DNA of 64,000 bases from an uncultured Planctomycetota bacterium (GCA_963845755.1 CAWJTV010000019.1:256001-320000), one strand, 5' to 3'; positions 32,336 through 44,735 are shown, counted from the stretch's first letter. Notes: generated by a model from the letters alone, not told the origin. A program made the numbers and translations.

Positions 32336-32826
32336 CGATTCTCCTCCGGCAAGGTCTCCGCACGGCGCCCGCATTTTACCGAGCGTTGCGCCGAGAACTC
32401 AACCATGCCAAAGGGCAGCGCGATCAGACCGGCCGATTCGCACGGATGGCCGGTCAAAGTCAACTCGAGGTACGAACGCAGCGGAGGGTCGTCCGATGAT
32501 GTCGAGCCGCGATGAAACGAGGCGGGGCCCACCGCGATCGGCCGGGCCCGCGGTGGGCCTCACGCCTCTATGCGGGCGCTCGACGCCACCCGACGTACGA
32601 CGTCTCGGACATCCTGAGCGCGGCCCAGTACCGCGTGAGCCGGCTCCGGGAAGCCGACGTTAGACTGACGTGGGCCGACCCGCTCAGCACGGCCCTCGTG
32701 GGCGATCCGACGCCGGCCGAGCTGGCCCTCCTGGCCCTGAGCCAGCACCGCTTCGGCCGGACAGATCAGGCCCGTTGAACTGGGAATTCCCAGCATTGCG
32801 CGCACGGCACGGAGATCCTACGGAGG

Positions 32827-35800
32827 TCAACGCGAGGAATCTTCCAGAGGAGCCGGCTCCGCCGTCGCCGCGTGGAGGCCGGCGTCCCTGGGCGCTCTCG
32901 TGGGGAGCCGCACGACGAATTCGCATCCGGTCCCCGGTCCCTGGCTGCGCGCCTGGACGGTGCCGCCGTGCATCTCCGCGAGTTTCTGCACGAGCGTCAG
33001 CCCGATGCCCAGCCCTCCCTGGGCACGGGCGAGCGAGGTGTCCCCCTGGGCGAAGAGGTCGAACATCTTCGGGAGCAGCTCGGGGGCGATACCGATGCCG
33101 TTATCACGGACCCGGATGACGATCTCGGCCTCCTCACGCCGCGCGGTCAGCCAGATCTGTCCTTCGCCCGTGGTGTACTTGGCCGCATTGTTCAGCAAGT
33201 TCACCACGATCTGTTCGAGCCGCGTGGGATCCGCCTCGAGCATCAGTCCCGGATGAAACGAGAGGATCAGTTGATGCCCTCGTTCCTCGATGAAGGGCCG
33301 GACCGATTCGACGGCGCTGGCCAGCGCGGCGTAGGCATCGATCGGCGCAGTGCGGAGCTGGATCTTCCCCCGAGTGATCCGCGAGACGTCCAGCAGGTCG
33401 TCGATCAGGCGGACGAGATGTTTCACCTGACGGCCGATGATGTCCATGCTCCAGGAGATCGACTCGGGCAGCGGCACGATGAGATCGATCAACGCGGCCG
33501 CGTTGCTGATGGCCGCGAGCGGGTTCCTCAACTCGTGGGCGAGCATCGCCAGGAACTCGTCCTTGCGTCGGTCGTTGGCCCTCAGCTCGTCGTAGAGCTC
33601 GGCCGAGCCGATGGCGGATGCGGCCAGGTTCGCCAGGGCGGTCGCGACGTGTACCTCGACCTCGGTGAAGTGATGCGGGCTCCGGTAGTAGAAAACCAAG
33701 GTCCCGCTGAGGGCACCGCGCACTTTCAGCGGCACGACCAGCATCGACCGGATCCCTTCGCGATCGTAAGCCTCCCTGCGATGTCCGAGCATGGCCATCG
33801 TGCGGATGTCCTCGGCGACGACCGGAGTCTCGGGCAGGCGTGGTGTGTGCTCCAGCACCTCGATTGTGGACCGCTGGTAGTCCTCGGAGAGTCCGGAGGC
33901 CAGCACGATCCCCCACCGCCCGGTCGCGGCCTGGTAGCGCCAGACGGCGTGGGCATCCGCGACGATGAGGCGTCGAGAAAGGGCCAGGACCGCATCGGCG
34001 ACGGCGCCCATGTCGAGCGACGCGCTGAGGCTGCCCGAGGCCTCCACCAGGAGGGTGAGCTGCTCCTCGATCTGGCAGTGCCGCTGCAACGCCTCCTCCC
34101 GGCGCCGGGCGGCCTCCTGCGCCTCGGCGAAGAGCCGAGCATTGTCCACCGCCAGGGCCACGCGCCGGCCCAGTTCCATCGCCAGGTGCTGGTCGTCCTG
34201 GTCATAGCGGCGCGCGGACTCCGCCGCGATCAGCGTGAGGGCCCCCAGCGTCCGGCCCCGCGCCGTCAGCGGGATGATCATTACCGAACGGAGTCCCAAG
34301 GATCGCACCATCCGAAGGTGGTCCGGGTCGCGCGCCGATTGCACGATCTGCTCGTCCGTGAGTTCGAACACGACGATCGGCTCGCCGGTCCGGATGACCT
34401 TCATCAACGCGTGGTCGTCGGAGGGTGGCGGATAGCGGCGCTGGATCTCGCGGATGAACTCGATCTTGGCCGGATCCTTGTGGGCGATCTCGAGCCGCTG
34501 AAGCCCGCCGCTGTCGGCCAGGAGGTCGAGCTGGCACCAGTCGGCGAAGATCGGGACCACCAGCCGGCAGACATGAGCCAGCGTCGCCTCATAATCCAGC
34601 GCCGAGCTCATGAGCCGTCCGGCCTCGGCCAGGAGTTCCTGACGCAGCTCGGCACGCTTCCGGTCGTCGATGTCGGTCGAACGTGCCGAACCACTTCGTG
34701 AGGGCGCCTTCGGCGTCGCGGATGGGTACGGCCCGCGTCAGGAACCAGCGGTATTCGCCGTCGGAGGCCCGCATGAGCCGGAACTCCGCCTCGAGCGCCG
34801 ACGCCGCCTCAACGGCGTCCGACCAGCGAGCCAGGAGCGTCGGCAAATCCTCGGGATGGATCACCGCGGCGAGGATCTCCCGATCGCACGTGGCGAGCCC
34901 GGTATAGTCGCGCCACCGCTGATTCAAATATTCGGCGGTCCCGTCGGGCCGGAGCACGTAGACGATCTGGGGCAAGGCGTCGGCGAGCTGCCGGAATTGC
35001 TCCTCGCTCTGCCGCAATGCATCCTCGGTACGCTTCAGGTCGGTGATATCGATGGCCATCCCGCCGACCTGGGCGACGGTGCCGTCGGCAGCCGGTACGG
35101 GGAACTTGCTGACGATCGAGTAATGCACGAGCCCGTCCGCGTGTTCCAGGGTCTCGATCGTGCGGACTCCCGCCGCGTCGGCCAGGGCCCGGCGATCATT
35201 CGCCCGGAACTGGGCCGCGGTCTCCTGCGGGAAGACCTCCTCGTCGGTCCGGCCATAGAGCAATTCGCGCCGGGTGCGGAACGCCATCAGAGCGGCGTCG
35301 TTGGCGTAGAGATAACGCCCCTGGAGGTCCTTGACCCAGGCGAGTCCCGGCAGGTTCTCCATGAACCGCCCGAACCGGTACTCGCGCTCGCGTACCGCCT
35401 GCTCGGCCTCGCGGCGGCGCCGGGCCGACGCGAGCTGCACCCGCACCCGGGCCATCAACTCGCACGGTAAGAACGGCCGGACCAGGAAGTCGTCGGCCCG
35501 CGCGTCCAGGCCGTCCAGCCGGTATCCCTCATCGATCCGCTCGGCCAGCATGATCACGGGGATCGCTGCCGTCCGGGGATCGCGCGCAGCTCGCCGAGCC
35601 AGTCGTCGCTCGACGCCGCCATGCGGCCGGCGATCACCAGGTCCGGCAGCCGCAGGCGAATGGCCGTCAGCGCCGCGGCACCGTCGGCCACGAACTCGAC
35701 AGCGTAGCATTCCGCGAGCGCCCGCCCGGCCGTCTGGCGTAGTTCGGCATCCTCATCGGCCAGCAGGACCCGCGGCCGAACATCCACGGCACAGCCATCG

Positions 35801-35892
35801 CCGTCGACCGGAGAATCGTCCAGGATGGCGATGGGTTGTTGCTTCATCAACTGCGACTTCTGGATGAGATGTGGCTCTTGGGCCGTCGACAT
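32827..35892 (-). CDS. Hybrid sensor kinase: receiver-PAS-PAS-GAF-GAF-HisKA-HATPase (two frameshifts)
   Basis: 'RVLLADED', PAS 'YLNQRWRDYTG...IHPED', 'EFLAMLAHELRNPL', 'NLLNNAAKYT', 'DNGIGI', 'GLGIGL'. Confidence 0.88.
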
Positions 35893-36075
35893 GCCCCGAT
35901 CAACGTTCTCAGTCTAATCATTCCGGCGACGGCCGGAAACCGGAGTGTCCCTGCCGCCGGCACCCGAGGGTCTTGTCACGTCGCGTCGGGCGACTTATGT
36001 TTGAGCCAGTGCTCAACCGCCGCGGACAAGCCCTGAGAGCCGGGGCACTCTCCCAACCCGATCAGGAGTGTAACC

Positions 36076-37569
36076 ATGTGGGTCCGTCAATGCGACCTCG
36101 ACGCCGAGTTCGACTTCCTGCCGCCGATCCCCTCGCGGATCGCCTCGAACGAGGAGTTCGTCCCTCCGCCTCAATCGGTCGAGCAGAAGGCGTATGAGGA
36201 GCGGCTGGCGCAGATCACCGAGCGGGTGGCGAAGCGGCAGGGCCGCTCGCGGCGCGACTTCCTCCGCAGCGGCAGCGGGATGGCCGCGGCGCTCCTGGCC
36301 CTCAACCAGGTCTTCGGCGACTGCTATGAGGTCACGGCCGAGGAGGTCGAGGACCCGAAGGCGTTCGAGGAGCGCTGGCCCAAGGACCAGTTCGTCTTCG
36401 ACGTCCAGACCCACCACGTGGATGTCTCCCGCAAGTGGTACGACGACTCGCCGACCGGGCGAGGGATCAAGGCGTTTTTCCGCGGGCTGCGCCCCGACGC
36501 CAAGAACGACGAGCACGTGATGGAGCTCCTGAACCGGGCCCATTACGTCAAGGAGGTCTTCGGCGACAGCGACACGGTCATGGCGATCATCAGCGGCGTC
36601 CCGAGTCGCGACTGGGACAAGAACCCGCTCCCCCCCGATCAGATGGTCGCGACCCGCAAGTTCGTCAACGACCTGGCCGGCAGCCGGCGCGTGCTCTCGC
36701 ACGGCCTCTTGCGACCCAACCTCGGCAAGCCCGAGCTCGAAGAGATGGAGCGTCAAATCAAGGATTTGAAGATCGACGCGTGGAAGATGTACACCGGCGC
36801 CGAGATCGGCGAGAAGGCCTGGCGGATGGACGACGAGAAGGTCGCCTATCCCTTCTGGGAGAAGACCAAGGCGCTGGGGGTGAAGAACCTGTGCGTCCAC
36901 AAGGGCCTCCCCCTGGGCGCGTTCAACGAGGAAGCCTGCCGGCCTCTCGACCTGGAGAAGGCCGCCAAGGACTGGCCCGACCTCAACTTCATCGTGTACC
37001 ATTCCGGCTACCGCGGCTTCGGCTGGCTGGCCAAGGGGACGGGGATCAAGGTCGTGGACCCCGAGAGTGACGATAAGCAGCGGATCCCCTGGATCAGCGA
37101 CATTCTGGACATTCTCAAACGGAATCCGGATATCAAGAACATCTACTTCGAGCTGGGCAGCACGTTCATGATCCTCTCCGGCTACGCGCCCGAGTCGTGT
37201 ATGCACATGCTCGGCCAGATGGTCCAGGTCGCCGGGGCCGATCATATCTTGTGGGGCACGGACTCGATCTGGAACGGCAGCCCGCAGAGCCAGATCGAGC
37301 GGATGCGGCGGATCAAGATCTCCGATGCCTTGATCGAGAAATACGGCTATTCCCAACTCACGGACAAGATGAAGGACCAGATCCTGGGCCTTAACGCCGC
37401 CCGGTTGCTGGGCGTCGATCCCGCCGCGGCGCGGAAGGCGATCAAGGCCGACAAACTGAGCTCGCTGAGGGAAGGACGCCGTTACGATCCTGCTACGCGG
37501 AGCAACACCCAGTACGGCTGGGTCTGGGTCGAGGACGGCGGCGATCCCACAACGCCGGTGGGGGCGTGA
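36076..37569 (+). CDS. Amidohydrolase family protein
   Basis: 'FDVQTHHV', 'CVHKG', 'IVYHSG', 'LWGTDSIW'. Confidence 0.88.
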   Translation: MWVRQCDLDAEFDFLPPIPSRIASNEEFVPPPQSVEQKAYEERLAQITERVAKRQGRSRRDFLRSGSGMAAALLALNQVFGDCYEVTAEEVEDPKAFEERWPKDQFVFDVQTHHVDVSRKWYDDSPTGRGIKAFFRGLRPDAKNDEHVMELLNRAHYVKEVFGDSDTVMAIISGVPSRDWDKNPLPPDQMVATRKFVNDLAGSRRVLSHGLLRPNLGKPELEEMERQIKDLKIDAWKMYTGAEIGEKAWRMDDEKVAYPFWEKTKALGVKNLCVHKGLPLGAFNEEACRPLDLEKAAKDWPDLNFIVYHSGYRGFGWLAKGTGIKVVDPESDDKQRIPWISDILDILKRNPDIKNIYFELGSTFMILSGYAPESCMHMLGQMVQVAGADHILWGTDSIWNGSPQSQIERMRRIKISDALIEKYGYSQLTDKMKDQILGLNAARLLGVDPAAARKAIKADKLSSLREGRRYDPATRSNTQYGWVWVEDGGDPTTPVGA

Positions 37570-37680
37570 GGCGCGGATTAGGTGACGTTTTCGGCACACC
37601 GCCATATAATCGTCATAAGAGGATTCCTTGGCGCGGCCGATCGAGTCGAACGGCGGGTCTGATTTTGATAGGAAGGTCTC

Positions 37681-38134
37681 ATGGCTTTCTGCGTTTGCGC
37701 GAAATGCGGCCACTCGCCAATGAAAATGGACTCGCCGTGCCCAAATTGCGGCAGCGATCACCGTATTCTTCTTGACGCGGATCAGGCGGTTGCCGACGAA
37801 AAGGCGGTGGCAGCCAGAGTCCTGGCCGAGAAACATTACCAGTTAGAAGAGGGCCTCACCCAGATTTTTCGGATCACGGAGAAGGCCGAGGTGGGAGCTC
37901 GGCCGCAACGAGACGATCAAGCTGCTCTTGGTGAATGAGAACACCGTTGAGGCCGGCGTGATGCCGCTGCATTTCGGGCCGGTACCCGCCATCGGCATTC
38001 CCTATCCCATCGATCCTCATCGAGGTGACGCCGAACGAGGTTCAGAAGATCCACTCGCACGAACTCGAGCTTCCCGAGGGCTGGGAGATTGGGGAGGAGC
38101 TGCCCAGATCGTCGGTTCTCACCGGAGGCGTCTG
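37681..38134 (+). CDS. Hypothetical protein with N-terminal Zn-ribbon, partner of the HEPN-like gene (frameshifted)
   Basis: 'CAKCG...CPNCG' followed by 'LAEKHYQLEEGLTQIFRI...IKLLLVNENTV..GVMPLHFGP'; TGATG coupling to the next gene. Confidence 0.55.
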
Positions 38135-38635
38135 ATGGCCACGAGTGCCGAGTGGGCCGAAGGCTTTGCCCGCCAGGCAAATGCAGATTTCAAGACATTT
38201 GAGATGATGCAGACGTTGGTCGTTCCGGAGTGCCACAAGCTGCAGTTTCTCCAGATGGACTGTGAGAAACTGGTGAAGTCTCACCTATGTGGGAGAGGAA
38301 CGGATCCCGCAACTCCGCAGACCAGCCACGACTATGTCGCCAAGACCCTTCCGCTCGTGCTGCAACAACAGGCCGCATCCGTGAATTTCAGCGGGAGGAA
38401 GGCAAAGGAGGTCTTGAACCATGCGCATCATCTGGCCCGGGAGATCGAGGTCCTGGCGCCGGCGGTCAAGCGCGGCGGGCAGCGCCCGGACAACTGTCAG
38501 TATCCGTGGGAAGACGATAAGGAGACACTGCACGTCCCCCCGGACTGGTCGTTTCAACCTTCTCAATTCATCGTCATGCCACCCGGCCGCACGATCCTGA
38601 AACTGATCCGTGGGGCGATCGACCGTCTCCTGTAG
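38134..38635 (+). CDS. HEPN-like protein
   Basis: 'FARQANADF...HKLQFLQMDCEKLVKSHL...SH...NCQYP' resembles the HEPN 'A..D...Q..EK..KA...H...YP' pattern. Confidence 0.55.
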
Positions 38636-38639
38636 CCCC

Positions 38640-40000
38640 GCCGGTGCCTCCGCTACGGTCCTGGGAGCGGCGCCGGCCGAGCTGGAGCAGGGCGTCGGCC
38701 AGGCGCCGGGCGTGGACTTCGGCCCACAGGCCGACGCCGGGATGCGCGTCATCGACCGACGTCGTTCTTGCATGGAAACGGTGGTCGAGTCCTTCGCGAC
38801 GCCTGCGGCGGCGGAGGGCGCCAATCGCAGCATTAACCACGGCGCGGCGGATCCAGGCCGGGAACCGCTCGGGTTAAGAGCGCTCGGAAAAAATGAGTTC
38901 ACTGGCCCAGGAGCCTCAAACAGATCAAGGAACATGCTAACTTGAGGAACGCGTCTTGAATCTCGGTGAGCCGATCCAAACGGCGGCGCAGCCGGCCGAA
39001 GGAGTGCAGCCACGCGATGGTCCGCTCTACGTACCAGCGGGACTTGCCCAAACCGCTGCCGTGCTCCGTATTGCGGGCCGCCAGCACCGGCGTGGTCCCC
39101 CGGCCGCGCAAACCCTGCCGCACCGGTTCCGAGTCGTAGCCCCGATCCCCCTGCAAGCGGTCGGGCTTCTGCCGCTTCGGCCCCGGCTTGCCGCCCACCG
39201 GCGGCATGTCGTCGAGCGTCGTGAAGACCTGGGTGATCTCGGGGACGTTGGCGGCGGTCACCGTCGCCGCCAGCGGCACGCCTTGGGCGTCGGTCATCAC
39301 GTGGTGCTTGCTGCCGGATTTGCTCCGGTCCGTCGGATTCGGGCCGGTATCCTCGCCCCCTTCCGGGGCCTTGGCGAAGGAGGCGTCGATCAGCGCCCGC
39401 TCCCAGTCGATCGCGTCAGCGCCGTTGAGCTCGGCCAGCAAGACGGCGTGCAACTGGCGCCAGACACCGGCCTGCTGCCACGCCTGCAGGTAGGACCGGC
39501 AGGTCTTGCCGCAGCCGCAGCCGAGGTCGGCGGGCAAGTCGTCCCAGGCGATGCCGGTCTTGAGCACGAACAAGATGCCGGTGAGGATCTTGCGGTAGTC
39601 CAGGGGTTTGCGTCCCGGGAAGCGGAAGCGGCGCGGAGGCGGGGGTGGCAGCAAGGGCTCCAGGCGCTTCCACAGCGCATCGGAGACAAGGGGTTTCATG
39701 GTGGTCCTCCTTCGGTTCGGGAGATCACTCTCCGAAGGACTCAAGAGCAGACAGCGTGCCAGTGGATTCATTTTTTCCGAGCGCTCTAAGCCACCGATCC
39801 GGGCGTTTCCAGCCGTTTGAGAAAGACCCGTTGACGCAGATCTTCGGCCTCGGCCAGGTCGCCGGTGATCCGATAGGCGATCCGCACGATCGACCCTTCC
39901 CAGCGCCGTACCAGCGCTGTGAAAGCTGACCGGTCGCCCCGCTGAAGCCGCGAGAACAGCTCGGCGTCGCTCTCGCTCAACTCGATTTCAGTGGACAAAG
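38640..40000 (-). pseudogene. ECF sigma factor interrupted by IS5 and lacking region 4 (limits approximate)
   Basis: 'SDAELFSRLQRGDRSAFTALVRRWE...AEDLRQRVFLK' before the IS; 'PERFPAWIRRAVVNAAIGALRRRRRR' after it. Confidence 0.8.
38878..39786 (-). mobile_element. IS5-family insertion sequence, 909 bp, intact transposase (38899-39699)
   Basis: Near-perfect TIR GAGCGCTCGGAAAAAATGA.T.CACTGGC; TAA target duplication (38875-77 and 39787-89); DDE motifs 'IDAS', 'GDRGYD', 'RWYVERTIAWL'. Confidence 0.95.
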
Positions 40001-40728
40001 TCGAAATCCGTAACCGTCGATGGCTGCCCGCTTTTTCGCGTCCGGTACGACATCCCGCCCAGGGCGCATCGCGATCGGTTGGCCCTCTTACGATACCCGC
40101 CGCTCTCCCTCCTACAATCAATGACGCCACCACGACCCGATCGGACGAAATGGCATACGGTAAACCTCTCGATTCCATCTGATCGATACCCTGTTCGCTC
40201 ATCAATATGGGCAATCGCGCCGTCGACTTTCGTTTCGCCGGATTGTTCCGAAACTCCCCGACAAGAAAGTTCTCGTTCAGGACGAAACCGGCGTGGTGGC
40301 CGCCGATACTCTTCGGCGAGGTCTTGACTCCGTGTTTCTAAGATGTCTTACTATAACGTAAAGAATGGGCGTGGGTGGATGCGCCGCGAACGCGCTGGGT
40401 CGTCGAGGCTCCTTACACGGATCGATCGTGCCGCGAGCGCGGCAAGAAGCCTCCGAATCATTGGCCATGGAGGCCGCACCCGAGGGGCGGGTCGGTCGTC
40501 ACGGGGAGCCTGGTGACGCAGACGTCTCCCCCGGCGGGCTCTTTGGGGATGAGATGGCTTCTCCATTCGAACGAGACGGTTCGCGTGGTTCTCGATCCGT
40601 TCCTGAGCGGCCACCGAGCCGGGATCCCGATTGCGTGTCGCGTGTCACATCGTACTCGTTGGCTGGTTGTTCAGCCCGGGAGTCGCCCGGCGTCCTGCCG
40701 TCATCGTTTTTTATGAGGAGGTCAGGTT

Positions 40729-41850
40729 ATGGGAGGTCGGGGATTCTCGAAACGTCCCGGTTTCACTCTCATCGAACTCTTGGTCGTCATCGCCATTATC
40801 GCCGTGTTGATTGCCTTGCTCTTGCCCGCTGTGCAGGCGGCACGCGAGGCCGCTCGCCGGGCTCAGTGCACCAACAACTTGAAGCAGATCGGTCTCGCCT
40901 TGGCGAACTACGAGCAAACCAACCAGATCTACCCGCTGGGCGGCATGACGCTCGTGACGTCGTTCGCGACTGCGAATTGGGGGAACGAGGCCAGCAACAA
41001 CGGAGTGAGCTGGGTCGCCCTGACCCTTCCCTATCTCGAGCAAAACACGGTCTACTCCGCCATTAACTTCTCGACCGGTGTCAACATCAACATGCCGGCG
41101 TTCGCGACGGCCTGGTACGCCCGGCTCGCGGTGATGTCTTGCCCCTCTGACGGCGACCAGGATGGCTTCCGTCCCTCGGGATCTGGCAACGGCAACGGCC
41201 AAGACATAGCCTCAGGTCCCCCAGCCCCTCCGAACGGTGGCACGGCGATGGTCCCGGTCGAGAATTATCTCGGCAGCTTCGGCGACAATTACTGCATCGG
41301 CTGTAACAACTCGGGCATAACATTCCCGACCGAGACACCATACACCATCTGGCCGCCGGTCCCCGGACAGCCGCGCATCGGCTGGCCCGGCGAACAGGGG
41401 ACGTTGCTCGATAACTTCAACTGCTCGAACACGGGTACTGCACCCGGCACACTCCGCGGCATGTTCGACGTCACGACGGCTCAGAGCGTGAGACTCCAGA
41501 GCGTTACCGACGGCACGAGTAACACCATCGCCGTCGGAGAGGGCCTGCCTGCTCAGCGGGCCGACAACAACGTCTGGGAGTGGAACTCCGGCGCCAATGG
41601 CACCACCGTTCCGATCAACTATTTCTCGGGGCAGAGCTGTACCATCAGTGGCAACGGTTGGGGCTCGACGAACTGGGCCTCGCGTTGTGCCTACACGAAC
41701 ACGGGCTTCAAGAGCCACCACCCCGGCGGATGCAACTTCCTGTTCGTCGATGGGTCCGTCCACTTTCTCAAGCAGACGATCAATATGTATACTTACTGTG
41801 CCCTCGGCAGCCGCGCCGGCGGTGAGGTCATCAGCTCCGATGCCTATTGA
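40729..41850 (+). CDS. DUF1559 prepilin-type N-terminal cleavage protein
   Basis: '[34 protein letters not shown]', '[14 protein letters not shown]'. Confidence 0.96.
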   Translation: MGGRGFSKRPGFTLIELLVVIAIIAVLIALLLPAVQAAREAARRAQCTNNLKQIGLALANYEQTNQIYPLGGMTLVTSFATANWGNEASNNGVSWVALTLPYLEQNTVYSAINFSTGVNINMPAFATAWYARLAVMSCPSDGDQDGFRPSGSGNGNGQDIASGPPAPPNGGTAMVPVENYLGSFGDNYCIGCNNSGITFPTETPYTIWPPVPGQPRIGWPGEQGTLLDNFNCSNTGTAPGTLRGMFDVTTAQSVRLQSVTDGTSNTIAVGEGLPAQRADNNVWEWNSGANGTTVPINYFSGQSCTISGNGWGSTNWASRCAYTNTGFKSHHPGGCNFLFVDGSVHFLKQTINMYTYCALGSRAGGEVISSDAY

Positions 41851-41998
41851 TCGAACCTTGCTCGGGCTCGCGTTCGCTCACCACCTGCTAACAGACCAGG
41901 CGGCGGTTGGGCTCGACACACCAGTCGGGCCCAATCGCCGCAAGATCAACGGCCCGCAATAAAGACGTTTGCGAACCCAGATCAGGATCACAAGACTC

Positions 41999-42574
41999 AT
42001 GCCCTCCCCTAAAATGATGGCCGCCGTCAATCGGTTCCCCCGCCGCTTTTACTCGGTGCTGGCCGTGCCCGCCCTTCTCGTCATGGCCTCTTGCGGTACC
42101 GATGACGGTCTCGGGAAGCGGTACTCCGTCTCCGGCACCGTCACCTATAACGGCAAGCCGCTCGAGAAAGGCACCATCAGCTTCGTTTCCGAAGACCTGA
42201 AGAACAACCTCGGCGCCACCGGCACAATCACGAACGGCTCGTACACGCTCTCAACCGGCGGCAATGACGACGGGGCGCAGGCCGGCAAATACAAGGTGAC
42301 CATAACGTCCAAAGAAGACTTTGTCGCCAAGGCCCAGGCCGACTTTCAGAAAGAGTCGGGAAAAGACAATCCGAAAATCCCCCCGCAGTACAGCGCGAAA
42401 GCCGAAGCGGCAGCCAAGAGCCTCATCCCCGCTGGCTACGGGGATTCGCGCTCCACAAACCTCACGGCCGAGGTCAAGGAAAAGTCCAACACGATCGACT
42501 TCACGCTCTCCGACGCCGACGCCCCGCCCGACCCCAAGGCTGCGGCCAAAGGCGGCGGCCGCAAAGGCCGCTAG
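41999..42574 (+). CDS. Lipoprotein with carboxypeptidase-regulatory-like domain (usual DUF1559 partner)
   Basis: Lipobox 'MASCG', 'VSGTVTYNGKPL', 'GA.AGKYKVTI'. Confidence 0.85.
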   Translation: MPSPKMMAAVNRFPRRFYSVLAVPALLVMASCGTDDGLGKRYSVSGTVTYNGKPLEKGTISFVSEDLKNNLGATGTITNGSYTLSTGGNDDGAQAGKYKVTITSKEDFVAKAQADFQKESGKDNPKIPPQYSAKAEAAAKSLIPAGYGDSRSTNLTAEVKEKSNTIDFTLSDADAPPDPKAAAKGGGRKGR

Positions 42575-42619
42575 GCTTCGTCGGTTTTCGAGTACAGCAC
42601 CTCCGGTACCCTGGTCCAG

Positions 42620-42812
42620 CAGTTCAAGGTCCCGAGCGGGCCGGCCGACGAGGACCCTCGAGGTCAACATCAGGACCAGCGATTCGATCCAGGTCGGCTT
42701 TGCGTCGCCACTGACGATCGCCAGCGTCCCCGAGTCCTCATCCGTGGTGCTCGCTGGGGTTGCCGGCGCCCTGGGTCTGGGTTGCTGGGCAGGCCGCCAT
42801 GGTCGGGCGTGA
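42620..42812 (+). pseudogene. PEP-CTERM C-terminal remnant
   Basis: 'VPESSSVVLAGVAGALGLGCWAGR' with no clear gene body upstream. Confidence 0.45.
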
Positions 42813-42831
42813 GGCGAGGCCGCTGTAACAA

Positions 42832-44098
42832 TCAGCGGAACAATGGCGGATCGGCGCCGGGTTGTTTGAGGAACGTATCGAGGAGGGCGGTCAGCTCGGA
42901 GGCATTGGGGATCTCCTTGAACCGGAGGATCGGGCCCTGAAGTTCCTGGAGGGCCTCCTCGTCAACCTTGAGGCGGTCGGAGATCGCCAGGGCGAACCGC
43001 GGGGGACCGTACTGGGGCAGGAGCCGCAGGAGCCGCTCCAGGCTCGCCCGCTTCCAGAAGCCGACGACTTCGAGCAGCACGTCGGTGCCGGTGGGCTTGT
43101 GGACGAGCCGGTAGTCCGGGACCCAGACGCCCTCGCGACCTAGCTCGATCACGTCGGTAATCTCGGTGATCTCCCAGGCGGGCGCGACCTGTCGGAATCG
43201 CTCGACGAACGCGGCCAGCTCGGCCGGCGTGTAGGTCCCGGTGTCGGCCTGATGCGAGATCAGGCCGTCGGTCGCTTCCAGGTGGAAGCTTCGGGGCTCG
43301 CGCTTCGGGCCCCAGCGAAGCTCGGCGTCGAGGCGGAAGTCCGAGCAGTGCAAGAGCGCCGGCAGGAACCAGGCGACCTGGAGGCCGTACTTGGTGGTGG
43401 CGCTGAAGAGGCTCAAGGGGCCGTCGATCTGGAAGACGTAGCCATCGCGCATGCTCCCCTCGACCCGGTAGAGCAGCCGGTGGAACTTCAGTCGCCGGAA
43501 GAGCTGGCGATACCGCGGAGGACGCTCGTTGCGCACCTCGGCACGGACATGGACCGAGCGGAGCAGCACCGACTGGGCCAGCGCCACATTATAGCGATCG
43601 ATCAACCGCTGGGCCGTGATGTCCTCGAAGCTCAGCAAACGGTTCTCGTCGCGGAGGTCAGCGAAGAGCGCGCTGAGCACGGCATCCGGCTCGAGCTTCA
43701 ACTCGCCGGCCACCTCGCGCAGGACCTCATCGCGGTGAAACTCGGGCCGCAGGCCCGGTACGGATGTCGCCGGTGAGGAGCCGTCGGCGATACGCGGCCG
43801 CCGCCGAAAAGACCTTCTCGCGGACCTCGTCGGGCGGCACATCGGCCACGACCTCGAACTCGGCGCGGTCTTCCAGCACCTTGGCGAGCCCGCGTTGCAC
43901 CTGGGTCGCCTTGCCGCCGCCGCCGAAGAGCTCGTCCACCTCGCTCTCGATCTCGCCCCGAGTCATCCCCGTCCCTTCGCGGTAGAGCAACAGCAGGCTC
44001 TCGGCCGCCTCCAGCCAGCGCGCGGCCTCGCGGTCGATGTACAGCGGGACCACCCGCTGTTTCGAGATCTTCACCGAGACCAGGTCGCCTGTGAGCAT
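42832..44098 (-). CDS. DUF790 (Bax1-like) nuclease (one frameshift)
   Basis: 'MLTGDL', 'RYNVALAQSVL', 'IDGPLSLF..TTKYGLQ', 'VWVPDY', 'LEVVGFW'. Confidence 0.88.
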
Positions 44099-44171
44099 CG
44101 AACCCTACCTGACGCTACGGAGTCGCAGGGCAGATGGTGCTCAAAGAGCACCCTACAAGACTGGATCCAGA

Positions 44172-44357
44172 TCACTTTGAAATCCACGTTTGAAGCTTCT
44201 TCTTTACCTCGTCGTGAGGGATCGTGCGACCCGCCTCAACGTCCTCCTGGCCCCGCCGAATCCCGGCGAGTATGGCGACTTCCTCAGCGATCTCTTCGAA
44301 GCTCGCCCGATCGGGGAGCTGACGGATCGCCTCAATTACGACTTCTTTGTCCGACAT
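44172..44357 (-). CDS. Small orphan antitoxin-like protein
   Basis: 'KE.VIEAIRQLPD.ASFEEI....I.RG.EDVEAGRTIPHDEVKK' pattern typical of ParE-partner antitoxins; no toxin follows. Confidence 0.65.
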   Translation of the reverse strand: MSDKEVVIEAIRQLPDRASFEEIAEEVAILAGIRRGQEDVEAGRTIPHDEVKKKLQTWISK

Positions 44358-44378
44358 GGCCGCATTTCCTGTAGGTTA

Positions 44379-44690
44379 GAGCGCTTAACGCTTGCGTTGC
44401 GCACGTCTCCGGCGAGAGCGATCGAGCCCCGCCCGAAGCCTGGGGGGACGTCCTGCGGCGGCCTGAAGGGCCGCAGGAACCCAGCCTGGGGTGAAACCCC
44501 AGGACTCGTGCGCCCTGCGCCCTTCTTGTGCACCCCGAAGGGGTGCCGGAAGAATCTCCTGCGGCCCTTCAGGCCGCCCGCGACGTGGGCGTGCCGTGGA
44601 CCCCGGGTTTCACCCGGGGCTGGGCTCCCGCGGCCCTTCAGGCCGCCGGAGATCGGCTGTCCTTGTGCGCAACCCATCTGTTAAGCGCTC
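44379..44690. mobile_element. MITE-like element with IS5-like ends carrying REP palindromes
   Basis: IR GAGCGCTTAAC-N6-GTTGCGCAC at both ends, flanked by TA; internal GGCGGCCTGAAGGGCCGC / GCGGCCCTTCAGGCCGCC and CCTGGGG-TGAAA-CCCCAGG hairpins. Confidence 0.75.
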
Positions 44691-44735
44691 TAGAGTCGTG
44701 TCCATAGGGGATTGTACAGTGGTTTTCCAGCTTGC

